In this document: piece by piece, positions 34,061-53,017 of the stretch
Position numbering within the stretch: the stretch's first letter is position 1
How the letters are laid out: each line of letters opens with the position of its first letter
Assembly (NCBI RefSeq): GCF_009914755.1
Contig: NC_060931.1
Direction: 5' to 3' (one strand)
From: the human T2T-CHM13v2.0 reference genome, Homo sapiens
DNA: 64,000 nucleotides
Program-made: the position numbers and the translations under genes
Notes under the pieces: model-generated
Databases searched by the model: none
Told to the model about the DNA's origin: nothing
Seen by the model: only the letters and a program-made list of their open reading frames with translations

Positions 34061-35099
34061 ATGCATATATGCTGTAAAATCTAATTAATTTATGAATAAA
34101 ATGTATTTTTCGTAACATTCTATAATTTTGATTTGCTAATTTAATTCTTATAGGTAGGATGATACTAATCTTTTCTGAATTAATGACATTTTACAATACC
34201 TTAAATATAGCTTTAGTAGGTATTCTATCCCACATTTCAAAATTAATAGGTGTTGCACACATTTCATAAGAGGGTTAGCTGAATTTTTCAAGTAACCACA
34301 ATAGAGTCTTTCTTAACTATTTTGGACAAATGGAGTTTATTTTATTCAAAGAGATCAACTTTAGGATTATCTGGAAGACCCCTGATTATATATATTGACA
34401 ATCACAGTTTTAAAGTAACAATATTATTTTTTCTTCCTCTTTAATAAAACAGATAAAATGGACTTTGTTTTTATGGTTTTCTTTGTTTAAATCCTTGCTT
34501 TAAAGTAAAATTTTCATCTTCCTGACTACCTGTTCTCTTTGAAATGATTTACATTTCCTAATATAGTGAATATTGAATGAGGAATTAGCGCTTACTGCAT
34601 TTAGTTCTTATTGAAATACATACAAATATTTTCATTTTGGGGACAATGACATCCTAACCTGATGTCTTTTGTAATCTTTGCAAATACTCTAATGAACAGC
34701 AGGGGGAGTTCATACTCCAGTATGAAGGTAAAAATACCTTCTAATCCAAAACACTTTTACAGGAACACAGCTGTTTAAGATAAAATAGCATGTTAGTTAT
34801 ATTATTTTTCAAATATCCTGAAAAGCTAGTGTCCTCTCTCACAAAGGTTGTTGCAATAATGTTGCCTGAAAATGGTATTGCTTTTTAATGGCACCTTTTG
34901 AGTTTTCTTTTCATTTGCAAGAAGTCTGCTGAGTTAGTTAAATATTGTTCCACTGTGCCATTCCCAGGGCTACATCTGTAGAAAATACAGCTACTTCTGA
35001 TACAGTGGGAAATGTAATGACTGTAAATTCTCACCTTTGAAAAATGAATGAAAACGAAAGATGACACCATGGAGAGCTAGCATTAAAAAACATCCAGAC

Positions 35100-35298
35100 C
35101 AGGGGTCAGCAAAATATGACCTGCAAAGGTGGCCTACTGGCTGTTTTTGTAAGGGAAGTTATATAGGAAAACAGTTATGTTCATTCTTTTATTTACTAAG
35201 ATTGCATTAGCAGAATGGCAAAGTTGAGAAGTTGCAACATAGACCTTGTGGAAAATATTTTCTATATAGTCCTTTACAGAAAAAGTTTGCCACTCTTG
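35100..35298. mobile_element. MER58A-like hAT MITE in the THSD7A 3'UTR
   Basis: Inverted ends caggggtcagcaaa...tttgccactcttg. Contains cctttacagaaaaagtttgcc. Flanks resemble the NTCTAGAN target. Confidence 0.8.
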
Positions 35299-36765
35299 CT
35301 CTAGATATGCAATGAAGTCTTGGATAAGATATTTATTCTTCTCTTTTAAAATTTTAGTTTTGAAATCATACATTGAAGAGAGAGATTGCTTCAAATTTTG
35401 CCAGTGAGAAAGGCAAAAGACTATGGATTTTGAAATAACTGCCTGCAAGACAGACATTCAATCTGAAACTGGGAAATCAGAGAGAAAGAAAAATCAACAT
35501 ATAATTTTGATTTCCTTTAGTTACAAAGGTCATTGATACATTATTTATTTTCTCCATCTGCTCAAAATTAAAAAGACATCCAGTTCCTTTTTTTTTCTTT
35601 TTTTTTCTTAACAAAGATAACAAATATAAAAATCTAGTCATAAACAGCCTTCAAAGAACAATTACAAACCAACTAGAGGAATCCACCTTTTAGAGGGTTA
35701 AGGGGTTAGGGACTTCAACACTTAAATTACCGCCATGTTGTCAATTTCACAATGGCTGCAGTGATGAGGAAGTGTGTGTACAGCAGGTGTAATAGCTGAT
35801 TTCATCTTGCTGCCATCCAAACTGAACTTTACTCTCTTCAGGATACAAGAACTTGCAAATGTCTTCATGCCACTCTTGGCACAGATGTCTTCATCCCACA
35901 TGAAAAGAGGCAGTTTCTATGGCAATACTGGTTAAGCGCCTATCGTGCTGCACTAATATAGTGCAAAAATGTGCCTTCCATATAGCAAAAAAGATGCAGG
36001 CAACCAGTTTGAAAATCAGGGAAAGTAGAAACGTATTGTATTAACACAAGTAAATTAGTTTTCCAGACAATTACCACTATAAAATACTGAACTTGAGGAC
36101 TCGTTCTTCTAAGACACTAGTACTTGTCCAGCATTCTTACTTTGGAGAGAGACAAGAAGTCTTAAAAAAGAGGCTTTGTCTCTGAAATGCAGGTCAATAA
36201 AATCTACCATCGACCACCAAGATGCTGAATTTATTCAGTGGATTTTCTGCTTAGCTTAGAGTTTATTTGTTATGCATTGTTAAAATTGCTTATTAGCAAG
36301 TACATAATCTGACATAATGTGTGTCATTCAACTGAGTACACATGTTAATTTGACCATAGTATTGTGGAGATCTTGGTAGAAACTCTTCATGCTAGGAAGT
36401 TTTATGGATTAACACTGCAGACGGTCTTGTATCAGGCATCCTAACTGGCCAATTCCACCATTATTTTTTAGAGATGAAAGTGGTTTTTCAGTCGGTAGAT
36501 TTCAGAAAAGATGACATAAAACTTTCAGAATGCAGCATGTATTCAGCTAAATCTCCTATAATTCTCACGGTTGATGGTCTGTATATAAGTGGTACTGTCT
36601 TAAATATCTCCAGTGGCAGTATGATTTTCACTCTTGTCTTTATGATGCCATTTTTAAAAATTAAAATATATTTTAATCCACACAGTTTGGATACATTTGT
36701 TGTGGCCTCTGGACATCTATGAAGTCAGAAAGCCGAAACTGGTTGTTGCCAGGAAAAGTTATATG

Positions 36766-36850
36766 TTACATGTCGGCATCTCCATCATAGGCTAAGGTTA
36801 AAGGTTTCAGTCGGTTGTTTTGCCTTCTTTGGGGTTTCTTTGGCTTTTTG
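36766..36850 (-). CDS. THSD7A: THSD7A last coding exon (cytoplasmic tail and stop)
   Basis: tttttttacAG|C AAA AAG ... GAC ATG TAA. Translates KKPKKPQRRQNNRLKPLTLAYDGDADM*, with a basic stop-transfer cluster right after the TM helix. Confidence 0.96.
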
Positions 36851-37541
36851 CTGTAAAAAAATTCGGAATTAGGAGAAAGAAAATCAGTTTCTAATTGTAA
36901 ATTTGATTGCTTTAAGCGAAAAAAAAGTAAAAGCAAATTGATAAACTGAAATTGCCTCGTTGCCTGCGTTGCCTAAAGTCTATCTACCTTAGAATTTGAT
37001 TTTCTGATCTTGAATTTCAGTTTTATGCTTTGAATAAACTCTAAGTAAACTTCAAGTGTTTCACTACCCTACAAAAGATAAATTATCCAAGTGGGATTCT
37101 TTTAGTATTAACAACAGAAATAAAATCATAGTAGGGTCATTTTCATTTGGCCAGAAACCTTTATAAATAATGCATAATTTATAAATTATACATGTTTTAG
37201 AAGATACTTGAATATGATTAGGTATTACTGTAATATCTTCCTCCATTAGTAATTCAATATAAAAATCTACAGTTCACCATATTGAGTACAAAGCAATATT
37301 TTCTTGAAAGTATGCAAGAGAACATACTCGAGAAGATGACCTGCAGCAAGCTCTTGCTCATCTTTAGAAACGAAATGGCTCAGATTTGGTAGCTTTTAGC
37401 CCATCTAGGACTAAAGCCATGTTTATTTAGAAATTCATGTGAACACCAGATAAATGTAGAGTACTTATTTGAGACATTAGTTTGCTGTTTCTGTGTTACG
37501 ATTAAGTATCTCTTTGGATTTTTAATTATTTAAACACTCAC

Positions 37542-37629
37542 CAAGCTAGATAAATCATGGAGACAATAAAGATGAGTAACACAAATGCCCCAGCTGCTAC
37601 ACCGTAAACCCAGGTCTTTAGTCTCCCAT
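37542..37629 (-). CDS. THSD7A: THSD7A transmembrane exon (88 bp, phase 1-2)
   Basis: attcttcttAG|AT GGG AGA ... CTA GCT TG|GTgagt. Translates (D)GRLKTWVYGVAAGAFVLLIFIVSMIYLA(C), a single hydrophobic helix. Confidence 0.96.
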
Positions 37630-40041
37630 CTAAGAAGAATGGATATTAGTTATTAATTTACATTAGTCTGGTATACATGAGGCAGTCTTTAACTATGACC
37701 AATGATCAGTCATATATGACCAGTTTCTTTCAAAACCCGAAAAGAATTATTGCTTCAGCACAGTTAATGATTAATGCAAAGCTGCTATTATGAGTTAGAT
37801 TCTGCTTCATTAAAGATAAGCTATCAAGGAAAACTGAACTGAAAAATTATAAATGTTTGACTTCAGATTTCAAGTTTCTTTGGCTAAACTTCAGCTGCCT
37901 TTCATCTCAATTTTACTTCAAACTCAATACATGTGTAATGCTATATAAACATTCTCTTCTGATTTTCAGTGTATTTTGAGAATTGCAATGAGAAGAAAAG
38001 ATGAAAAATGCAATTTTAAGAAAGTTTCTACAAACTCGAGTTAATGCATATAGGTATTTAAACAAAAACTTTGTCATTTTTATTCCAGGTAAAATGAAAG
38101 TGAATATATTTAAGATTTTATGGAATTAATAATCTTTTATCTAGTCTGCACTTACAATGTGTTTTAAAATTGGCTGACAATGTCATTTTCAAAAACAACT
38201 GGTTTGGTTAACATATAAAAGGATCTATAAATAATTTTTTTTCTACCTTTTCTATTATATGGAATCAGACATAACAGGAACTTTTGTAATTTGGGTTTCT
38301 GGTCTCATCTTTGAACTCCTCAGTTCTATGCTCCGAATAAACTTCAAGCACAAGATGTTATTAATGATATTGGCTAATTTAATTTGATCCTCACATCAAC
38401 ATATATTTTCTGTTGCAATTAAATATTTGATCTTAGTGTTAAAATTATAGATTGGGCAAAATTGACCTCACACAGACTCTGGTTTATTCAATATTTGAAA
38501 GGCATCAAATGGAAATTGGTACTGTGGAATTTTTTTGCCCGGAGTTAGATCAAGTTAGAGGTTCATTTGCTGGGAATAAACTCAATTAATATTCTAAATA
38601 TCCTTTCTTTCTAATCCTAAAGCTTTCATTTTTTAAATTTGAGCTCAGTTTAGAATCAAAAGAGCTGTTCCACGATTGAGGTTCTCTGTTGAGAGTTTCT
38701 TCAACAAATGTTTTTTGGGGTTTCTCAAAATCAAAGAATATCTAAGTTTTCAGAACATGCACCTTTTAAATATTTTAAAATTTTAACTTTGGGGAAACTA
38801 TATATAAAATTTAAAATAATGACAATAATATTCTTTTTTTTTTCAAAAGGACTGGTTTTGATCTGAGGAGATCTGCTTCAATTCTTAGTGAAGGTCAAAA
38901 TTGCTACTGGTTGTCTGCTAGTCCATTGTCTTAAACACTGAGGGAAGAGTTTCCCATGCTTACACAGATAAGTCAGCTTTGCAAAATAAATCATACTATC
39001 AGCTAAATAAGCCAATTAAAGCAGGAATAATGTGATTAAAAGCAAATCACCCAAACACTTAAAATATCTTAAAAATCCAATATTTATTCTCCAATAAGGG
39101 AAAGTATTCAGACTTAATGCATAGAAATGGAGATGTGCTAGCTATGCAGATTCCTTCCATCTTTTCTCATGTTTCTAATGGCATTTTAAAGTAGACTATG
39201 CCTGGCTCTGCCTGGAGATTACTTCATAGACTAGTAGTTCCTCCAGGTTGTGAGAAAAAGTGGCATATTAGCTGCTTTATAATCCATGTAGCACATTTTC
39301 AAGCACCAGGTTAGTTCTAGGGATGAGCATATGATGAAATCCAACTGAGGAGGGAAAGTGTGCAGAGTAGAGAATAGCATATCATGAGGTATTCAAGCAT
39401 TTGCCTGTATTGGCTTTGCATTTATCACCAGATACATTAAGAGCTGTCTGTGAATGTGAAAACAAATTTGGATCATCCTATCCAGAAGGGAAGGCTCCAT
39501 TGTCTCCCTGTTTATCTGGCACTAGTACAGATTCCAAGTATTTGAGTATGCTGACTTTTAGGGCTAATAGAAACTGGTCTAGCTACCACGTGTGCCCTGG
39601 CACAGAACTGCATTAGTGATGTTTTTATTTAAGGGTCAAACTATTACTGTTCCTATGATCAAATGAAAAATTCTGGAATGTCTTTATAGTCTCCTTTATC
39701 CTAGTTCTGAATGACAACACATTTTTTAAAATTCATGTTTCTAACTTTGTTCAATTTGAAATTAATTATACTTGTAATTTTTGGACTGGAATTGAATTGA
39801 ATTATATTGATCCAAAATTTTTTCTCAGAAGAATGTAATTTCATTTCTCTGAACTTCAAACATGAGTTATTTTCCATAATGATAGTAAAAAATTGAAGAA
39901 TAGATGGCACTATCAGAATAAATGCATGTAGATAAAATAATCAATAGCTCATATAAAAATGCTTTGCTCACTTTTTTAATCCTTTGGCATTGCCTAAAAG
40001 AACTAAAGGTTTCTATTTCAACACTAGTCTAGTCAGTTCAC

Positions 40042-40252
40042 CTGGCCCAAATGGCTGTAGAAACCAGGTCCTTCCCCGTCCTGCTGGGTTACTGGAGGGT
40101 TGGGTTGGATGTACAGCCCGACTGGTTTTCACATCTCCTCTTTTGTCCTCCATGGTGGGTAATACCACCACGGGGATAAGTGTGCATTGCTCAAGGGTGC
40201 TGTTAGAAGACATGACTTCAGTGTACCCTTCTTCACAATGGCATGTTTTTGT
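40042..40252 (-). CDS. THSD7A: THSD7A coding exon (211 bp, phase 0-1), Cys-rich end and juxtamembrane stalk
   Basis: ttctcctgcAG|ACA AAA ... GGG CCA G|GTgaac. Translates TKTCHCEEGYTEVMSSNSTLEQCTLIPVVVLPTMEDKRGDVKTSRAVHPTQPSSNPAGRGRTWFLQPFGP (within ORF 40013..40411). Confidence 0.96.
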
Positions 40253-40601
40253 CTGCAGGAGAACAAGAAGATTTACACTAGCCATGCAAGGAATCTTTGG
40301 AAGTCTAACAGACCTGACTTGAAGAGAAGGCTTTAAACAAGGTTTGTTTTGGGAATTACTATACATAATTCCTCTATTATTTTTAACTACAAAGAAACAT
40401 ACTTTTGGCATTATATGAAAATGTATTCTAAAGGTGAAAGCAAGTGAATTCAGGACTTTTTAGATTGATAAAAGGAGATGTCTAAAATGGGATTTTTATG
40501 CCTCAAGACATGCTTTCTTTGGAGGAAGATAAACTGCATAAGAGACAGTGGGGTGACACATGATGGAGCTGGCTTGTCTGCCCTGATGAATTTTCACATA
40601 C

Positions 40602-40684
40602 CTCGCTACAGTACGAGTGGGGTTGACTACACGGTGGGTTACAAGACCTGTCGGCATCAGGCTGGCTCATCACCAAGCAGCCCC
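40602..40684 (-). CDS. THSD7A: THSD7A coding exon (83 bp, phase 1-0)
   Basis: ttctgttccgcAG|GG GGC TGC ... AGC GAG|GTatgt. Translates (G)GCLVMSQPDADRSCNPPCSQPHSYCSE (within ORF 40503..40703). Confidence 0.95.
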
Positions 40685-43492
40685 CTGCGGAACAGAAAAT
40701 CATGTTTTGACAAATAATATATCTTGCTATGATGAAAATACACTGTGGTTAGTGACTTGTCTTTGAATCTTGAACCACCTTGGGAATCCCAGGAATTTTT
40801 CTGTCAGTGGTTGACTGTGAAATATTTGGTTAACCTTGACCACCTTATGTAGTGACTCCAGGCCCTTTTTACCCAGGGGAGCTAGCTCAGTGCCTGGTAC
40901 TCAGCAGGTATTCAACAAGCATTTGTTGAAAGAATGATTTTATAGCTGCTATTTTGAAAATACTAATTGCACACAAGCTTTTTCTGTCAGGAGCACATGA
41001 ATCCAAGTCCAGCAATTGAAAAGCTGATTTCATTTCAAGTTAAAATTCTTTCTTGGAGATTCAAAACAATAGTTTTCACGTCCTTTGAAATAACTCTTCA
41101 GCTCTTTATGTTAAATAAATGTTTTCTTTAAATAATGCATATTTCTTTTTCAGAAAAGTCACAATTTCTGCTAATTCATGGTGTTTTTTGGATATAGAGA
41201 AGAAAACAAATGTATCTACGAAATCATTTGTTTTGCACTATGGTTTTAACTTGATATTACAGCTGTTTATCTCGTTTATTTTCAAGTGTAGTACCAACTG
41301 TGCCTAATTTGTCTCAAGTGAGGTTTTAAGATGGAAATAGATGTCATAAAAAACATTGGTGACGTGAAGGAAGCTCCTATTTTCAAACTATACTTGTTCA
41401 GTTTAACAGAATTTTAGCAAAACAAAATTTTTTCTTTATTTATGGAACTGATGATTCTCTGGAATTTAATCACAGGCGCCTATTGCTAATTGTCTGTGTT
41501 TCTCTCAATATTATAATCACAAAATACTCATAGAAAAATTGTCACAGAAAAGCAGTTAGTCATTGCAAGGCAATCGCAGTTAATTGGCCACACTGAAGTT
41601 ATTATTAAACACACACACACAAAGCAGTATTTTGAGTTTCTTACAAGGACAATTCATAAATTAAAGCAATTGATCAAGATAGGTAATATACTTTACATGC
41701 TTGTCTATTTGTCATAAAGAATCTCATCTCTCCTAAAAGATGAAAGAAGAATGCATATAGAGCTTAACACAAATCATTTACACATTGGCCTTTTGGTACT
41801 AAATAGCATTAGAAATAATCCATTGTACACTTTGCTCAATTGAAAAGAAATTAAAAATATGATTTTATAGGTAAGTCTTTTAAAATTCGACTTACCTTTG
41901 CATTGGGGGAATAGCCCCAATTGCAGTGGAAAAAGAGTTTTGAATATGTAGAAGAAAAGTCAGGTAAATATTATTTGCATCCATTATTGAAAAAAAACTG
42001 CAAACTTACAGGATCATCTAGAGAAGCTGTTAAATTTTCTTTGAATAGTTTAAAAAAGAATGGAGACATTCGTTTCCAATCTCTGAGCTCAATGGATGAC
42101 TTCTGTAACACCTCCTCATTCAGAAAGCCTGTCTATCCCTCTCAGGACTCTTCTCACTCCATACCTCTTAGAGTGGGGTAGATGGAGCAGATTTTTCTCC
42201 CAAAAAATAATACAGTGAGAGAGCAAAGGGTTTCTACTAGATGTCTTTTCTTTGTTCCGTATGTGACCACAGGGAGTTGTTATTATTAAGGGTTTCTTGA
42301 GAGAGCTTTCTCATGTATAAAATCACATCTTCACAAGAAAAAAATTGACATCCTGATCCAGCTCCCATATGGAGGAAATAAGTAATTGGGTTTCAATAAA
42401 TCCAGGTAATTTAAAATTCAATATAAAGATGGATAGTTTTCAAAAACCATATTGATCCTTGCTCCTGTTTCTTACTGTATATATTAAAGTTAAATTTCTA
42501 AACAAACATCACTCAGAGGCATCCAAATGCACACTGTTTTTTCCCCCGCAGCAGGGTCAAAACAGCAGCAAGTAAGCAGGTCTGCCTGAGCAGTTAACTG
42601 TCAAGACTCCTGCTGTTGCTATGCTATGGCAATTCCTATAAGTTAGATTTATAAAAAGAAATTGCTTATGGAAAGGCTTAGATTTCTGGGTCCATGTGCC
42701 TGAAATTAAGGTTCTGGTTCTGACTTGTATTTCTTTCTAGGAAATTTGCTTGGTGGTTCACTACCTATCTTGAGCCAAAGTCTCTTCCTCCTTCAAGGGG
42801 TCCTTAGGATCCCTCACGCTTACAGGCTTCAGATAGGCTTTTAGTAATTCCACACTAGAGTAGTTCTTTGGAGGTATATGTTGGTCGAAGTACAATCAAA
42901 TAAAGTTCTTCCTTTGGATTTCTTCTTTGGATATATAATAATTTGGGGATGCAGGCACAGTAGGTCAGCTGCTCAGATGGTCTGGGTTTGAAATTTACCA
43001 GTAGGTCTTCCCTATTAATTAATTTAAAAATCTCTAAATCATAGACTTCTGAATTTAAGCAAGGTATTTGGATTTGTATAATCATATTCCCTTGCTGGTA
43101 TTTTTGGTCTGCATTTATATTGCCTTCAAGGCACAGAAGCAGAAAGTCAAAAAAATTGATTTTTAAACATATAGTAAGTTACTCATATATAAAATTTCTA
43201 GAAAAGATCTGAAAATTATTTATAACAATTATTTATTAGAATTAGATAGTATTTTAATTAAGTTTCAGCAGCAATACCTAAAAAGGCTAGGTGAGAGATA
43301 ATTTGAACCACCTATAAAATAAAATAATTTGTCATTGGTCACCAGATGGGTATATACAGCTTAGGCATCCTGAATCCCAAACAGGCTTTGAATACTGAAA
43401 GAGTAACTTTGTTTCCTTAATTATTTTCTTCAACCAATCACATGTGTGTTACAGGAAGATTTTCAAAGGACAAAGAGAAACTGGAGGTTTAC

Positions 43493-43588
43493 CTGTTACA
43501 TTTATACCATCTGACCTTTGACACCACACTGTTCGGGAAGAGCCCTTCCAAGCACTGGCCATCCATTTATATTCATAGCACTGTCCAT
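43493..43588 (-). CDS. THSD7A: THSD7A coding exon (96 bp, phase 1-1)
   Basis: tttccctgcAG|AT GGA CAG TGC ... GTA ACA G|GTaaac. Translates (D)GQCYEYKWMASAWKGSSRTVWCQRSDGINVT, in frame with both neighbours. Not shown in the ORF track. Confidence 0.95.
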
Positions 43589-44787
43589 CTGCAGGGAAAT
43601 AATAAACATTAGCAGAAGCATTCTGTTACCCAGAAGGACAATCATGGGGATAGAGTATTAATAACATATTACTGAAAAGTAATAAGCTCATCTCTGATGA
43701 TTCAAATGTCAATTTATTGTCCTGAAGTTGCCATGCATATGTTTAAAATTGCAGCTATATACCTCAATCCCAACTAATTTTCCATGTCTGCTGTCACACT
43801 ACCTGGTGGGAACCTAGGTTTTTAATTTAATTTTTAAAAAATATTATGAAATAAATATGCAGCCAGGTATAGAGAATAACTGTATATATATATAGTTATA
43901 TATATATATATATCTCCCATCATGCAATTTTAACAAATATTATTTATCCATATTTGCCTCAGTTTTCATTAGCTTGTTGATGAATAAAACATGAGATATA
44001 TAATTATATTCTTTTCTGTTCTGATCACCCTCCCTGTCTGTCCAGCAATACATACTATTCTGAAGATGTATGACTTTCTTTGCCATGCTTTTAATTTTTT
44101 CACTATACACACACGCACACACACATAATTACTATATACAGAAATGATATATGGTATTACTTTCATACAGTCATAAATTTTAAAAATGTATCCTATTCTG
44201 TGTAGCATTCTGAAACTTAGTCAATGTTACAGGTGAAATACTTCTAAGTGATTTTAAAAAATGTAGTACAGTCAGTTTATTTTAACGGCTACATAGAATT
44301 CCATTGTACTACATAACACAGTTTATTTAGCTATTTTTCTATTAGATTATTTTTAATTTTGTTATTCAAACAATGCTCTGAAGGTCAACTGTGTGCAAAT
44401 GGCCTGGTGCTTCTTTAAATTACATATCTAGAAGGGAAATTTCTTGGTATCACTGTATGGCTAGCTGAAACTTTATTAAATATTGCCCATTTTTTTCCTG
44501 CAAAAGGTGACAATTTACAAATCCATCAGTAGTGCATAAAGACTGCCATTGCTCTAAACACTCATGAAAATTTATAATTGCCAGATTTTAATTTTTTTTG
44601 GTTAGTCTTTTGGGTATGGAAAGTTATCTTGTCATTTTAAATTAAAGTTCCTTGATTACTAAAGTTATTGAACAGTAACAAAAATGTTTCAGGACATTTG
44701 GATCTCCTGGTATGCAAGCTGCTTATTTAAACATTTGGCCTTCTATATTTTTTCTCATTGAATTGTAGAAATTCTTCATTCTGGAAC

Positions 44788-45210
44788 AGTGATTCTTAAA
44801 GTGCGGTTCAGAGACCCTGGGAGACACTGACATTCTTTCAGAGTGTGAGTGAGGATTTCCTCTTTGCAACTACAATCTGTGTAAGGTTGGATTTTCTTTA
44901 CATACATAAACTAAAATAAGATTGCAATAAGATGAATGCAGAAGCAGATAAGAGAATCCAGCTGTCTTAAGTTAGACTTCACAGAGATTTGCAAAAATCC
45001 AAACAAGACCACTCTCGTCATTAAAGTTATTTTCCATTTGTTATGGTGAACTTATTTTGCAGGAAATTTGTTATTTATAGTAACATACAATTTTGTTTTT
45101 TGATCATTTTAAATAAATTAATAAATATTATAAGTTTTCTATTTTTAAAATTATACATGTCAGAAAAGAACAGTTCTTTCAGGTCCTCAACAATTTTAAG
45201 ACTATTAACT
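44788..45210. mobile_element. hAT-Charlie-type DNA transposon relic
   Basis: Starts cagtgattcttaaagtgcggttc. Contains gaatgcagaagcagataagagaatccagctgtctt. Confidence 0.6.
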
Positions 45211-46557
45211 TGTTTTGGATCAAAAAGTTCTAGATTTGCTATTCTAGACATGAATCCTTTGAAATTAATTGGCTTCATAAGTATATTTTTCAAGTTTGTG
45301 GCTTGTCCTGTAACCTTCTACTGTGTAGAAGTTTTAAATTTTAATTTAAAGAAATTTAAAATTTTTTCATTTTTGTTTGTGCTTTTGGTGTCATATTTAG
45401 GAAATCCTTCTCTACCTTGAGTTCATGAAAATATCCTCTTATATTTAGTATTTACAGTTTGTTCTTCATCTTTAGGTCTATAATTTATTGAAAATATAGT
45501 TTTGTATGTGATGTAAGCTAAAGATATTTTTTAAAACTTGATATGGATAACACATTTTGGCAATATTATTCATCCACTCATTCTCCCACTGACTTTCCCT
45601 CTGCCACTTACTTACCTACATAAGAATTTGTCGTGGAGATTCTCTTTTCTATTCTTTTAGTCTAATGGCTTAATTGTTGATCAATTACCCTTTTTAACTA
45701 TTGATGCTTTAGAGTAAGTCTTGATATAAAGCCATGTAAGTCCCTTGAATTAGTCTCCCACTTTTCCTTCTTAAAAACATTCTGGGATCTTCTTGGCCTT
45801 TAACTCCTCTGACTTAATTTTAGGATCAATTTCTCAGATTACATTAACAACCTGTTCAAATTGCATAGATTTTATAGGTAAATCTGTATAAAATTTACAT
45901 GTTATAATATTGGGGCTTTTTATTCATAAACATTTTCACCAACGTTTTAGTTTCATATCTTCCAATAAGATTTTATAATTTTTCATACCTATCTTAGATG
46001 ATTTTGGTTGCATTTATTTTTTATAGTTTTAGTTTTATTGTCAATGCAGCTTTTTCCAATTCAATTTTATAACAGTTTTGCTGGTTAAAAAAAAAAAAAA
46101 GACTATTTATTTTGTGTATTGGTTTTTAAATTGTACAATGTTTCTGAATTTTCTTACTTCCAAACAGTCGTCTATAAATTATCTTGATTGTCTAAAATGT
46201 GAAATTCATATACTATGAGAATGATAATTTTATTTTTTCATTTTCAATTCTTAAACTTCTGATGACACTTGGCTGGAACCTCCTTCACTAGGTTGAAAAT
46301 AAGTGGCAACAGTGGTATCCTTGTTCTGTTATTGATTCCAAGAGCCTGCCTCTAATGTTTCCCCATGTATTATGATGTTTGTGTAAATTTTGATAGACCT
46401 TATTTATTAAGTAAAAAGATTCTCTTCTAGTTCAAGTTTGGTCTACAAGTTTTTATTGTGAAAGTGAACTGAATTTTAGAAATACCTTTTAATGTGTATA
46501 AAAAATTATATCTTTATTTCTGTTAATGTGATAAATTACATTAAGAGATTTTATTAA

Positions 46558-46616
46558 TATTTGGTTATCTTTGTATTTCAACAATTATTTGGTTATCTTT
46601 GTATTTCAACAATTAT
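46558..46616. repeat. Perfect 28-bp tandem duplication
   Basis: tatttggttatctttgtatttcaacaat twice. Confidence 0.9.
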
Positions 46617-46743
46617 AGTCATATTATTAAATATTAATTTGGTTAGCTAATATTTTATTTTTATGATTTTGACATCTACTTTCATAAGTAACTTTATTTT
46701 TAACTGGTTTTACTGCCAAGGTTATACTCTCATAGTAACTGGG

Positions 46744-53017
<6,274 letters not shown>

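Larger units (their letters stand above)
31325..36765 (-). other. THSD7A: THSD7A long AU-rich 3'UTR (distal end approximate)
   Basis: Follows the stop codon. Almost repeat-free for 5.4 kb, unlike the flanking DNA. Candidate distal poly(A) hexamers at 31344 and 31421. I recall THSD7A having a long 3'UTR, but the exact end is inferred. Confidence 0.65.
44100..46743 (-). mobile_element. Ancient L1M body (host element), continuing at ~60079-62200
   Basis: Degenerate antisense L1 ORF2 and 3' phrases (ggcaacagtggtatccttgttctg, tttccccatgtattatgatgtt). The register resumes after the nested insertions (ttctttaaattttgggaaaactc...aaagccat). Confidence 0.7.

Noticed and set aside
39984-40322. 112-aa antisense ORF over the THSD7A exon
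   Set aside because: Shadow frame with a non-ATG start and no independent evidence.
40013-40411. 132-aa ORF as a stand-alone gene
   Set aside because: Only 40042-40252 is exon, bounded by AG and GT. The rest is open intron.
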